This document shows positions 10,785 through 21,250 of a stretch of 64,000 nt of DNA, in pieces. The position numbers and the translations under genes were made by a program. The DNA is taken from positions 64,001 to 128,000 of the forward strand of contig CAVVMW010000010.1 in the NCBI GenBank assembly GCA_963749495.1, in the 5' to 3' direction. Below the pieces are notes generated by a model, which had not been told where the DNA came from, searched no databases, and saw nothing but the letters and a program-made list of their open reading frames with translations. The first letter of the stretch is position 1. Each line of letters opens with the position of its first letter. This DNA is from an uncultured bacterium (GTDB lineage Bacteria; Verrucomicrobiota; Verrucomicrobiia; Limisphaerales; UBA8199).

Positions 10785-12341
10785 TCACTTTATCTGCAGT
10801 TCCAATTTATCTCGTTCCAACGTTGAGCCCTCGTTCAGCGCGAGTTGGGCCAGGGCCTGATTGTATTGGGCCATGGCGGTCAGCTCGTTCAAACGGGCGG
10901 TGGTGAGGTTGCGCTGGAGCTGCACCACGACAAAACTTGTGGTACGCCCGTTGTCCAAGAGCCTCTGTTGCGCCTCGAGCGCCAGCTCGGCGAAGAGGCG
11001 CGACTGCCTGGTCGCATCCACCTGGGCGAACCGGGTTTTGGCCTGTTCGACAGACACTCCAATCTGGACCATGATGTTCTGTTCAAGTTGCTTCAGTTGC
11101 ACCATCTGTTGCGCTAACTGGGCCTTGTTCGCGCGATAAGTTTCACGCGCGGCGCGGTTCCCGATCAATGGCAACGTCAGTTGCGCGCCGAAGCTCCAGG
11201 AGGGACTGGTCCCGGCCTGCACGCCCGAAAGAGCGGTGCCATAGGTCAGGCCGGAGCCGGCTTGACCGTAGCTGCCGACCAGGTCGAGTTCAGGATAGAT
11301 CTGGTTGCGGAGATATTTCAATACAACGCCCTGCTGCTCGATTCTAAGCTTCGCCTCCAAATAATCGGGTCTCTGTGACAGTCCTCGCCGCCAGCTCTCG
11401 TAGAGGTTAAAATCTTGCGGCCCCACCGCGAGCTTTTCCGTGGGTTCAATGCGGACGCCATCCCAATCCGAGAATTTGTCGCTCAACAGGCTCTTCAGAG
11501 CGTATTCCTGCGCGAGCAACGTTCCCTGGGCGCCGAGGAGGTCGGCCTGGCTGCCGGAAAGCTGCGATTCGGCTTGCTTCTCATCGAAGGGAGCCATGGA
11601 GCCGGCGTGGACTTTGCTCTTGCTCTCGTTCACCAGACGTTGGGCCAGTCGAAAGGCCTGCTCCTGCACAGTGACCTGCTCCTGGGCGAGGATCACGTTA
11701 AAATAGGCCAGTTCGACACTGGTGAGTGTGCTCATGATCTGCTGTCTCAGGGCCAATTCGGTGATTTTGAGCTGCTTTTTATCGACCAGGATTGCTTCGC
11801 GCGCGCGGTCGATCCAGGCATTCCTGAGCAGCGGTTGGAGCAGGTTGACGGAAGCGGCCGCGCTGTCACTCATGAGCGAGCCGGACGGTCCGGTGCCGCT
11901 GATTCCATTTACTGTTCCGCCGAAGTTATATGACAATCCGGTCGGCAACAGGCCGTTCAGCCCTGTGTTGAAGGCGTCCCCATAAGTTGTGGTCCCGCTG
12001 TAAGGCCGCTTTTCCGCGTCGAGACCCCCGGGGGTCTCGCTGAAACTGCGGACGCCCGATAGCCCCAGGGTCGGCTCGTAAACCCCATAATCCGCGCTCA
12101 GGAAGTGTCGTTGGATTTCCGGGGTGTAGCGGGCGATCTTCACATCGAAATTATGTTCCAAGGCGATGCGAAAACAGTCCGGCAACGACAGAGGCCGAAC
12201 CACCCCGTTTGTTGGCCCCGCCAGCGTCGTCATGGCCCAAAGGAACAAGAGGGCGACTGGGCAGCGGCGGGCCACGGGCAAGGCCAAAGCCCGCAAAAAG
12301 GAGCGGCAGGGGTAGGGCCTCAGTGAAGGCGGGAGTGGCAC
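10785..12341 (-). CDS. TolC-family outer membrane efflux protein (start uncertain)
   Basis: LSLPDCFRIALEHNFDV, QPLLRN, VELAYFNV...AQEQV, PELDLVGSYG, LEAQQRLLDNGRTTSFVVVQLQRNL. Last gene of the ABC/MFP operon. Confidence 0.9.
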   Translation of the reverse strand: MPLPPSLRPYPCRSFLRALALPVARRCPVALLFLWAMTTLAGPTNGVVRPLSLPDCFRIALEHNFDVKIARYTPEIQRHFLSADYGVYEPTLGLSGVRSFSETPGGLDAEKRPYSGTTTYGDAFNTGLNGLLPTGLSYNFGGTVNGISGTGPSGSLMSDSAAASVNLLQPLLRNAWIDRAREAILVDKKQLKITELALRQQIMSTLTSVELAYFNVILAQEQVTVQEQAFRLAQRLVNESKSKVHAGSMAPFDEKQAESQLSGSQADLLGAQGTLLAQEYALKSLLSDKFSDWDGVRIEPTEKLAVGPQDFNLYESWRRGLSQRPDYLEAKLRIEQQGVVLKYLRNQIYPELDLVGSYGQAGSGLTYGTALSGVQAGTSPSWSFGAQLTLPLIGNRAARETYRANKAQLAQQMVQLKQLEQNIMVQIGVSVEQAKTRFAQVDATRQSRLFAELALEAQQRLLDNGRTTSFVVVQLQRNLTTARLNELTAMAQYNQALAQLALNEGSTLERDKLELQIK

Positions 12342-12350
12342 CCCGGCCGG

Positions 12351-12496
12351 CCCCTCACCCCAACCCTCTCCCCATCGGATGGGGAGAGGGCGACTTCTGC
12401 GCAGCGGCTCGAGCAACCAGCGACGGTTGGAAGTTCAAGAGACTGCCGATGCTCCTCCCTCTCCCCTTCAGAAGGGGAGAGGGCTGGGGTGAGGGG
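12351..12496. repeat. BoxC-like palindromic doublet, copy 1 (40-bp arms, 66-bp spacer)
   Basis: CCCCTCACCCCAACCCTCTCCCCATCGGATGGGGAGAGGG ... inverted arm CCCTCTCCCCTTCAGAAGGGGAGAGGGCTGGGGTGAGGGG. Confidence 0.85.
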
Positions 12497-12663
12497 TCCG
12501 CCGGGGGCTCCGCCTCCGTCCTCAATGACCTGGCACCGCCAGGAACCCGATGGACCCGGCAAGGGGCTGCGAGGCAGCACCGCTCCACCACTTCGGCCTG
12601 GTTGGCACGGCTCGCTCATGCGCTGAGAATGGATTGGTTTAATCACGGTTCCCCGGCCTGTTC

Positions 12664-13378
12664 TCACCCGCGGGATCCCTGGGTGTCCGGAGCGGCTCCG
12701 GGCTCTTGGACGATGCGACCATCAAAGAGGTGGATGATGCGCTGGGCATGGCGCTCGAAACGGGGGTCGTGCGTGACCATGCAGATGGTCGCGCCTTCGC
12801 GGTGCAGTTCCCGGAGCAGTTGCATGACGGCCTCGCCGTTCTTCGAATCCAGGTTGCCGGTCGGCTCGTCGGCCAGCAGGATGGCCGGCGGCGGCCAGGG
12901 CGCGCGCCACGGCCACGCGTTGCTGCTGGCCACCCGAAAGCTGGGAAGGGTAATGCTTCGTGCGGTGAGACATCTGGACCTTTTCGAGCGCCTCCTGGAC
13001 GCGTCCTTTGCGTTCGGCGCCGGTCATGCCCCGATAGGTGAGCGGCAGCTCGACGTTCTCGAACACGGTCAGGTCGCCGATGAGATTGAAGCTCTGGAAG
13101 ATGAAGCCGACCTCCCGGTTGCGAATGCGGGCGCGCTGGGCGAAGTCGAGGTTGGCCACGGGTTGGTCGTTGAGCCTGTAGCTGCCGGCGGTGGGCGAGT
13201 CCAAGAGGCCCAGGATGGAGAGAAGCGTGGACTTGCCGCACCCCGAAGGCCCGGCAATGCACACGTATTCGCCTCGGTTGATCTCCAGGCTGATCTCCGC
13301 CAGCGCGTGCGTCTCCACCTCGTCGGTCAGGAACACCTTCTGGACCTCGGCCAGTTGGATCAAGATTGTGTTGGTCAT
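12664..13378 (-). CDS. ABC transporter ATP-binding protein, MacB/LolD-like (frameshift ~12890)
   Basis: Walker A GPSGCGKST and signature LSGGQQQRVAVARAL, then in the shifted frame Walker B ILLADEPTGNLD and VTHD. Confidence 0.9.
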
Positions 13379-13407
13379 GGTTTTAGTCAGTTGGCTACTA
13401 TCCTAGT

Positions 13408-14691
13408 TCAATTCAGCCTTACTCGTTCAAATGCGTCCCATTGCGACATGTCGGAGAGGATGACCTGGTCGCCAACCTGCAATCCATCGCGGACCTCGAT
13501 CGTGGTGACCGAGCTGCGGCCCAGCCCGACCTGCACCCGCACCGCGCCCCGGCCGTTATCCACCACTTTGAAGAGGCCCACCCGGCTCTCCGGCTGGCCC
13601 TGCACGGGCCGGCCGACGTGCATCACGTTCTGCAGCCGCTCCAGCTCGATGGTCCCATCCACGTTCAGATCCGGCCGGGCCCCTTTGGGCGGCGGCGCGT
13701 CCAATGCCACATCCACCGTGACGGTTCCATTCTCGGATGCGGGGTCGATGCGGACGACGTGGCCCGGGACCACTCCATTGCGGGTGTCGATTTGCGCCAA
13801 TTGGTTGAAAGTGATGTCCTTCACCTGCGTTTCCGGGAGCTTGAGCACCGCCTTGAGCTTGGCCTGATTGGCGACGCGCGCCACGATGGCACCCGCCGCC
13901 AGTTGCTGTCCTGTCTGCAATGGGGTGGTCTGAGTCAGGTCGCCATACCTTTGCAACACCCCCTCCATGCCCGCGCGAATTTTGAGCGCATTGACCAAGC
14001 GGCGCTTGAGGGCAAGCTGAGCGCGCAGTTGAGCCAGGCTGGCCGCTTTGACGGCGATTTGGGCGGCCGCGGCGTCGTCCTGGATCCGCAGTCTTTCCTT
14101 CTCGATGTTGAAGAGCTCGGCCAGCTCCTTCATCTTCGCCTCGGATTGTTTCAAGGTCAGAGCGGGAACCAGTCCGCCTTTGGACAGATCCTCGTTGACG
14201 TTGAACTCCAATTTCGCCGTGTTGTAACTCGATCCCGCGCTCGCCACCGTGGATTGTTGCGACAGTTTCTGCGTTGCGACGGTGACGTGCAGGTTGGTCA
14301 TCTCGGCCTCGGCGCCAGCGAGGGCCCACTCGGCGTCGAAGGCCGCCTGCACGACGTTGGGATTACTCAACTCGACCAGCACGGTGTCGGCCTTGACGGG
14401 AGAACCGGGCAGGACCAGGACGCGTTCAACCCGCCCGGCGTTGATGGTGGTGATCCAGCGAATTTCTTCCGGAACCAGTGTGCCATTGCCCCGCACCTCC
14501 CGCGTGAAATCCCCGCGCTTGACCGTGTCTATCAAGAGCGAGCCTTTCTCCACCGACGGTGCCGCCGGCTTCAACCGCGCCAGGCCCGCGGTGATGAGCG
14601 AGATGACAGCCACGCCGGCCAGCAGAAAAAACATCCGCCGCCGTCTTATCTTGCGGGCCTGGTCTGGGCGAGGAATGTCCATAGCCGTCAT
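13408..14691 (-). CDS. Efflux periplasmic adaptor (HlyD/MacA-like membrane fusion protein)
   Basis: N-terminal TM, EVRGNGTLVP, AGRVERVLVLPG, coiled coil, GHVVRIDPASENGTVTVDV, EVRDGLQVGDQVILSD. Confidence 0.92.
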   Translation of the reverse strand: MTAMDIPRPDQARKIRRRRMFFLLAGVAVISLITAGLARLKPAAPSVEKGSLLIDTVKRGDFTREVRGNGTLVPEEIRWITTINAGRVERVLVLPGSPVKADTVLVELSNPNVVQAAFDAEWALAGAEAEMTNLHVTVATQKLSQQSTVASAGSSYNTAKLEFNVNEDLSKGGLVPALTLKQSEAKMKELAELFNIEKERLRIQDDAAAAQIAVKAASLAQLRAQLALKRRLVNALKIRAGMEGVLQRYGDLTQTTPLQTGQQLAAGAIVARVANQAKLKAVLKLPETQVKDITFNQLAQIDTRNGVVPGHVVRIDPASENGTVTVDVALDAPPPKGARPDLNVDGTIELERLQNVMHVGRPVQGQPESRVGLFKVVDNGRGAVRVQVGLGRSSVTTIEVRDGLQVGDQVILSDMSQWDAFERVRLN

Positions 14692-14711
14692 TGGTCGTCA
14701 CTCGTCACGTT

Positions 14712-15404
14712 TCACTTGTCACTCTTTTCCATCCACCCGTCCTTGAGCCGGATGATCCGCTGGCCGCAGGCGGCCCAGGCCTCGTTGTGGGTCACCTGGA
14801 CGATGGTCGTGCCTTCCCGATTAAGTCTCTTGAACAACTCCATAATCTCGCGGCCCTGGTCGGTGTGCAGATTGCCGGTGGGTTCGTCGGCCAGGATCAG
14901 CTTGGGGCTGGCGATAAGCGCGCGCGCTACGGCCACCAATTGCTGCTGGCCGCCGGAGAGTTGGCTGGGATAGAGGTCCTTCTTGGCCACGATGCTGAAG
15001 CGGTCCAGGACATCCGCCACCAGCGCCTGCCGTTCCGATTTCGGAATGTTCCGGTATGAAAGCGGGATGTCCAGGTTCTCCGCCACCGTAAGGTCATCGA
15101 GCAAGTGGAATTGCTGGAAGACGAAGCCGACGAAGCGCTTGTTGAGCACGGCCCGCTCCTTGGCGTTGAGCCGGTGCACCGGGTATTCGAGGAACTGAAA
15201 CTCGCCTTCCCAGGAGTGGTCATACATTCCCAGGATGCCCAGCAAGGTGGACTTTCCGGCGCCCGACGGCCCCATGATGGTGACGAACTCGCCTTCGGCA
15301 ATATCCAGCGTGATCTGCCGCAAGACGTAGGTGAAACCGGCCTTGGTCCTAAAGCACTTCTCAATGCCTCGTAATCGGATCATAGGCGTCCCGGAACTAC
15401 TCAT
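14712..15404 (-). CDS. ABC transporter ATP-binding protein, MacB/LolD-like
   Basis: GPSGAGKST, LSGGQQQ, LILADEPTGNL, VTHN. The start overlaps the permease stop (alternative ATG 15383). Confidence 0.93.
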   Translation of the reverse strand: MSSSGTPMIRLRGIEKCFRTKAGFTYVLRQITLDIAEGEFVTIMGPSGAGKSTLLGILGMYDHSWEGEFQFLEYPVHRLNAKERAVLNKRFVGFVFQQFHLLDDLTVAENLDIPLSYRNIPKSERQALVADVLDRFSIVAKKDLYPSQLSGGQQQLVAVARALIASPKLILADEPTGNLHTDQGREIMELFKRLNREGTTIVQVTHNEAWAACGQRIIRLKDGWMEKSDK

Positions 15405-18048
15405 ATCTGAGCGCTGCCATCGGATCGGTGTTCGTGGCCCGGCGGGCCGGGACGTAGGAGGCCAGTACGGCCACGAACAGGAGCAACAACCCAGCGGCGC
15501 CAAGGCTTGGCGGGTCCAGGGGGCTCACGTGATAAAGGAAGGCTCGAACCCCATGGCTAATCGCCACCAGGACGGGCACGGCCAGGACCCCGCCGAGCAA
15601 GGCCAGCGTCAGCCCTTGCCGCAAGATCATCAGCAACACGTCGCGCCTCTGCGCCCCTAGCGCCATGCGAATGCCGATCTCCTGCGTCCGGCGGTTGGCG
15701 GTGTAGGCCAGCACCCCGTAGAGCCCGACCGCTGCCAAAGCGAGGCCCAGCAGACCGAGAGCGACTGCCATTGTTGTGAGAAATCTCTCCGTGCCTAAGG
15801 CGGTGTCGATGCAAGCATCCATGGAACTGAGATCAGCGCGGTTCGGCTTGATGCCCGCGGCCCGCAGTTGGCTGCGGACAGGGCCGGCCAGAGAGGCCAC
15901 ACCTTTCGCACTATCGATGAGGAAAACTATTTCCCAGGAATAACGCTGTCCGAACGGCAGGTACAGGTAGGGCTCGGGTTCCTCTTGGATGCTGTCCAGC
16001 TTGCTGTCGCGGACCACGCCGACGATCTGGACCGGCTGGTTTGTCGGGCCCTCCAACCGCAGCGATTGGCCGACGGGATCCTCGCCAGGCCAAAAGCTCT
16101 TGGCCATGGTTTCGTTGATGACCATGACCCGGGGGTTCGCCATGTCATCGCGGTCGGTAAGGCCGCGGCCCCGCAGAACGCGGATGCCCAGCACGGTGAA
16201 GTAATCTCCATCCACGATGTTGAACTTGACGGCCCGGCCAGCCTGCGCCGCCGAGGTGCTGCCATGCGGCGGGAAAGCCTGGAGCGAGGCGCCGGTGCCG
16301 CTCGGCCAGAATGGCAAGACCCGGGCCACACTCGCCCGCTTTACCCCAGGCAAGGCCAGCAGGCGCTCTTTGAGTTGACGGCAGAATAACCGTCCAGCCT
16401 CCTCCTTGCCCTCTAAATTGAGATGGGCCAGAACGATCGGCTTCCGTTCAAAGCCAAAATCCGCTGCGTAGCACGCAGCGAGGCTCCTCGCCAGAAGCGC
16501 AGCCAGGCAGACGAGCACCAGGGCTACGCACGTCTGGCCCACCACCAATCCACTGAGAACCGAGCGACTGCGTCCCGAGAAGCCCAGAGAGGGATCGCCT
16601 TTGAGCGCCGGGCACACGGCTTGCCGGGTGGCGCGGAACGCGGGCGCAAGTCCGAACAGGAAAACCGTGAGAATCGACAGAGCAAGGGTGAAAGCGACGA
16701 CACGGCCATCGAACCGAACCGCCAGGCCGAGAATGGCGGCCTCATCGGCCCGCAACAATGCTGGAAAGGCCGCGATGATCCACTTGGCCACCACCAGGCT
16801 CACGGCCGCAGCCATCAACGCCAGCACGAGGCTCTCGGCCAACAACTGGCGGACCAACCGCCAACGGCCTCCGCCCAGGGCCACCCTCACGGCCATTTCC
16901 CGGGAGCGGACTTCGGCTCGAGCCAGCAAAAGGCTCAAGACGTTGGCGCAGGCCAGCAGCAGCACAGTCCCGACAACCGCCAGCAGCATCAAACTCATAC
17001 TCCCAGTCTGCTGGAACTGGAGCCGCTTCTCAGTGCAAACCGCGGCGCCCAGCGGCGCGCCTGAAGCAACATCCCGCAGGTCCAGCCGACGAAAGATGGT
17101 TTGAGCCTCGGCCTGAACTTGCCCTATTTCGCTCCCCGGTTTCAGGCGAGCGATCACCGTCAAGTACCGAGCCCCTCGTGACTTGTCCATTCCTCCCCCG
17201 CAGGCCTCCTCCGGATACCAGACCTCCGCCGGATTGAGCCGTTCCAGGCCGTTGAAGCCCGCAGGAGCGATGCCCAGGACCACAACACTACTTCCCGAAA
17301 GCCCCGAAAGCTCAATTGCCTTGCCGACAAGGTCTGTTTCCCCTGCGAAACGTCGCTGCCAAAGCCGGTGGCTCAGCACCACCCCCCGTGTATTCCTCAG
17401 GTCAGGACCGTCCGCCTCCGAAAAGAACCGGCCCCGGAAGGGGCGAATCCCCAAGACGGAGAAGAAGTTCCTGGAGACAACGTTGGCCCTCAGGTCCTCC
17501 TCTTCTTCAGCGCCCGTGAGCACCACTCCGTGGCGGTCATTGAAGGCCAGGCCTGAAACAGACCGCATTTGAGCAACCAAGTCCAGGTAGTCCGGAAGTG
17601 AGAGGTCCGTACGCGACGCTGCCGAACTGGTGGCGAAGATGTGCACAACCCGCGCAGGCTCGGCGAACGGCATGGGACGAAGCCATATCCCGTTAACAAA
17701 GCTGAAAATAGCGCAGCTTAGGGTGATGCCGAAGGCCAGGGACAACACGGCAGTGCTGGTGAAGGCGGGATTCTTGCGCAGTTGCCGGACGCCAAAGCGC
17801 ACGTCTTGCACCAGATCCTCGAGCCAGCCAAGGCCCCGCTGCTCGCGGCAGGCCTCCTGGATCGATTCCTTCCAGCCGAATTGGCGCATCGCCGCGAGGC
17901 GGGCTCCCTCGGGGCTTAGTCCCGCCTCCATGTTGGCCCGCGTCCGCAACTCGATGTGCGCCCGCATCTCCTCGTCCATCTCGGCGTCGAGCTTTCGCTT
18001 CTGAAACAGCGCGCGAACAGTGTTTCGGATCTTCCGCCAGGTGTTCAT
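15397..18048 (-). CDS. ADOP-type duplicated ABC permease (MacB_PCD/FtsX x2)
   Basis: Prefix domain [48 protein letters not shown]-terminal PARRATNTDPMAALRYE. Confidence 0.93.
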   Translation of the reverse strand: MNTWRKIRNTVRALFQKRKLDAEMDEEMRAHIELRTRANMEAGLSPEGARLAAMRQFGWKESIQEACREQRGLGWLEDLVQDVRFGVRQLRKNPAFTSTAVLSLAFGITLSCAIFSFVNGIWLRPMPFAEPARVVHIFATSSAASRTDLSLPDYLDLVAQMRSVSGLAFNDRHGVVLTGAEEEEDLRANVVSRNFFSVLGIRPFRGRFFSEADGPDLRNTRGVVLSHRLWQRRFAGETDLVGKAIELSGLSGSSVVVLGIAPAGFNGLERLNPAEVWYPEEACGGGMDKSRGARYLTVIARLKPGSEIGQVQAEAQTIFRRLDLRDVASGAPLGAAVCTEKRLQFQQTGSMSLMLLAVVGTVLLLACANVLSLLLARAEVRSREMAVRVALGGGRWRLVRQLLAESLVLALMAAAVSLVVAKWIIAAFPALLRADEAAILGLAVRFDGRVVAFTLALSILTVFLFGLAPAFRATRQAVCPALKGDPSLGFSGRSRSVLSGLVVGQTCVALVLVCLAALLARSLAACYAADFGFERKPIVLAHLNLEGKEEAGRLFCRQLKERLLALPGVKRASVARVLPFWPSGTGASLQAFPPHGSTSAAQAGRAVKFNIVDGDYFTVLGIRVLRGRGLTDRDDMANPRVMVINETMAKSFWPGEDPVGQSLRLEGPTNQPVQIVGVVRDSKLDSIQEEPEPYLYLPFGQRYSWEIVFLIDSAKGVASLAGPVRSQLRAAGIKPNRADLSSMDACIDTALGTERFLTTMAVALGLLGLALAAVGLYGVLAYTANRRTQEIGIRMALGAQRRDVLLMILRQGLTLALLGGVLAVPVLVAISHGVRAFLYHVSPLDPPSLGAAGLLLLFVAVLASYVPARRATNTDPMAALRYE

Positions 18049-18055
18049 ACGGACC

Positions 18056-18382
18056 TCACGCGGATTGCATGATTTGGCGAATCGCCAGGCACAGGCGGTC
18101 CCAGCCCTGGTTTTCCACCTCCAGTTGCTTTCGACCCGCCTTGGTCAGCGTGTAGTACTTGGCCCGGCGGTTGTTCTCGGATTGGCCCCATTCGGATTCG
18201 ATCCAGCCGCGATCCTGCAGCCGGTAAAGCGCCGGGTAGAGCGAGCCCTCGCCCACGCTCAGGACATCGTCCGAGAGCCGCTGGATGCGCTCGGCGATGC
18301 CAAACCCGTGCAGGGGGCCGCTGTTGAGGACCTTCAAAATCAGCATATCCAACGTTCCCTGGAGAAGTTCAATTTTTTGCAT
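18056..18382 (-). CDS. PadR-family transcriptional regulator (acidobacterial type)
   Basis: LLQGTLDMLILKVL...HGFGIAERI...[12 protein letters not shown]...WGQSENNRRAKYYTLT. Confidence 0.93.
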   Translation of the reverse strand: MQKIELLQGTLDMLILKVLNSGPLHGFGIAERIQRLSDDVLSVGEGSLYPALYRLQDRGWIESEWGQSENNRRAKYYTLTKAGRKQLEVENQGWDRLCLAIRQIMQSA

Positions 18383-18400
18383 AAGCGCCAAAAAGATTCT

Positions 18401-18455
18401 TTACATCGAATGTCGGGGGAAGAATTACCGGCTTTCCCATCGGATGTCAAGGGAG
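18401..18455 (-). promoter_or_regulatory. Sigma-70 promoter with two putative PadR operator boxes
   Basis: On the minus strand, TTGACA (18450-18445) lies in box CTCCCTTGACATCCGATGGGA. A second box, TTCCCCCGACATTCGATGTAA, lies 34 bp downstream. Confidence 0.65.
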
Positions 18456-18491
18456 AACTGCTTCGGTTGGTGGATCATGGTTCCTCGGCTC

Positions 18492-21214
18492 TCATTCGCT
18501 TCTTAATGTGGACATCGGGTCAACCCTGGTGGCTCGAATGGCGGGCAGCAGGCAGGCCAGGAGCGCAACAGCAAGCAGCAGCAAAGCCACGGCCGCAAAG
18601 ACGGCGGGGTCTGTTGGATTGACCTCATAAAGCTGACTCCGCAGAAGCCGCGTCATCCAAAACGCCAGCACGAGTCCGACAACTACCCCGATGACGGCCA
18701 GGCGCCCGCCTTCGGCCAGCACCAGGGCCATCACCTGGCGGCGTTGCGCTCCTAAAGCCATGCGAATGCCGATTTCGCGGGTGCGCCTGGCGACCGAGTA
18801 GGCCAGCACTCCATAAATCCCGAGCGCCGACAGCGACAAACCGACTCCGGCGAAGATCACCAGGTAGAGCATATAGGTGCGCTGGGCTTCCGTCCGGTCG
18901 TAAAGCGTTTGGCGCACGACCTCGAACCAGGGCGTCGTCATGGAGGTCTCCACCGCCTTCATGGTGTCACGGATAGCCGGAATGAGCTTTCGGGGATCCG
19001 CCTGGGTGCGGACGACAAAGAAGGGGCCGAAGCCGCCACTCACAACCTGCTCCTGGTAAGGGCGATAGAAGGTCGGATCCACCTTGGCATCGAAGCGCCT
19101 CCTCACCTCGGCCGCATCGCCGACGACGCCCACGACTTCATACACCCTGCGGCCGTCATCAGAGAACCGCTTCCCGAGGGCGTTTCCTCCCGGCCAGCAC
19201 AACCGCGCCATGGACTGGTTCACGATGACCGTTCCAACCTTGTCACCGACGTCGGTTTTCTCGAAATAGCGTCCCGCCAGGAGCGGGATACGCATCGCGC
19301 GGAAGAGGTCGCTCCGGCCCACGCCGCTCCCGGCGCGCAGGAGCCCAATCGGCTTTTCCTGCCCCTCGATTTTGTACCCGGGGCTAAACTGACTGATCTT
19401 GCTGATCCCGACGGCCTTCACGCCGGGCAGCGCGGCAAACCGGTCGTGCCACTCCTCGAAGAGAGCCACGTGCACCGGCGATAGATACGACGCGTGGTAT
19501 TTTTCGCCCCGGAGCAGTCCCGGTGCACGAAGAGAAGTTTCTCAGGGTCGAAGCCCGGGTTCACGCTCAGAATGCGAATGACGCTCTCGATCATCAGCCC
19601 GGCACCGGCCAGCAACAGCAACGAGAGGGCGACTTCCGCCACGACCAGGGCGCCGCGATACCGGCGCCAGCCCGCGCTGATGGTCATGCCCATCCCGGTT
19701 TGCTTGAGCGCCGCCCCCACCGAGGCGCGGCTCGCGTGCCAGGCTGGAACAAGTCCGAACAGGACCGCCGTGCCGAGGGCCAGGATAAGGGTCGCAGCGA
19801 GCGCGTGCCCATCCACTTGGATGGCCTTTAAACGGGGGACCGACTGCGGAATGAGCGAGACCAGGATTTTCATTCCGCTGAACATCACCGCCAATCCGCC
19901 AACTCCGCCCGCTCCGGCCAGGAGCAAACTCTCCGTCAGGAGTTGGCGCAACAGGCGGCCTCGGCCCGCGCCCACGGCGGCGCGAATGGCCAGTTCGTGC
20001 TGGCGCTTTTCGGTCCGGGCCAGCATCAGGTTGCCCACGTTCACGCAGACGATGAGCAGGACGAAGCCGATCGCCGCGAGCAGTCCCCAGAGGGTCTGTT
20101 GCAGGTCCTTGGCGCCATAGGGCGCCTGGGTGAATGCGTTGGCTAATGACCGGGTCAAGAGAGCGAAGCCTCCCCCGCGCCGCCGCCACGAATTGTCATA
20201 AATGGCGGGAAACTCCTGTAATAATTGTCGTGCCACCATGTCGAGCATCGCCTGGGCCTGTGCAAGGGTGACACCGGGTCTCAGACGCGCAAACATGCGG
20301 TTGTTGGCCAGTTCGACATCTCGCGGAGGCGGAGTCTCTGCGGGGACCCAGAATATCGGGTAAGCTCCTGCCGGAAATTGGAAGTGCGGTGGCATGACCC
20401 CAATCACCGTAAAGTGCCGTCCGCTCGCTCCGAAAGTCCGGCCCAGGACAGCCGCATCCCCGCCGAAACGCGACTGCCAGAGCAAATAGCTCAAGACCAT
20501 GACGCAGTCTCTCTCCGGTTCTCCATCCTCGTTCAGACGGACCGCCTCGTCTTTGCCAAAGGTGCGGCCCAGCAACGGCTTGATGTTCCACAGCGCGAAG
20601 AAGTTCGCCGAGACTGCAGCGCCGATGAATTCGTCAATAAAGTCCGCGGTCGTTCTCTCGATCGAGAAGCTGCTGTACCAAACGACGTCGGAGAAGAACT
20701 CGCGTCGTGTCTTCAGGATTTCGATGGCAGGTGAGGTCAGACCTCCAAAACGGGGCTCGTCCTTGTTCCCATGGCTGCGTTCGCCGATCTGGATCAGCCG
20801 GGCCGGTTCCGGTCCGGGAACAGGATGAAAAAGGACGGTGTCGAGGACACTGAAAACGGCGGTGCTGGCGCCGATGCCAAGCGCCAGCGTGAGAGCAACG
20901 ACAGCGGTGAACCCCGGGTTCTTCCGCAACAGCCGGCCCGCGTAGCGCACGTCCTGGGCGAGGTGTTCCAGCCAGACTAACCCCCGCTGCTCCCGGCACG
21001 TCTCCTTGATGGACTCTACGCGCCCGAACCGCCGCAAGGCCGCGCGGCGCGCCTCCCCGGGCTCCATCCCCGCCTGGAGGTTCTCCTGTGTTTGCATCTC
21101 GACGTGCGCGCGCATCTCTTCGTCCATTTCCCCATCCAGCCGCTCCTTTTGAAAGAGCGCCCGAAAACGAGCGCGCACATTCCGCAGCCAGTTGATGGGT
21201 TCTGGTTTTTTCAT
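18492..21214 (-). CDS. ADOP-type duplicated ABC permease (frameshift ~19522)
   Basis: ORFs 19418..21214 and 18492..19475 join at FVH|PGLLRGEKY into a full-length permease ending RVDPMSTLRSE. Confidence 0.88.
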
Positions 21215-21250
21215 GGCTGAGTCGTTTGTTGATAAGAGGGCCGCATTTCC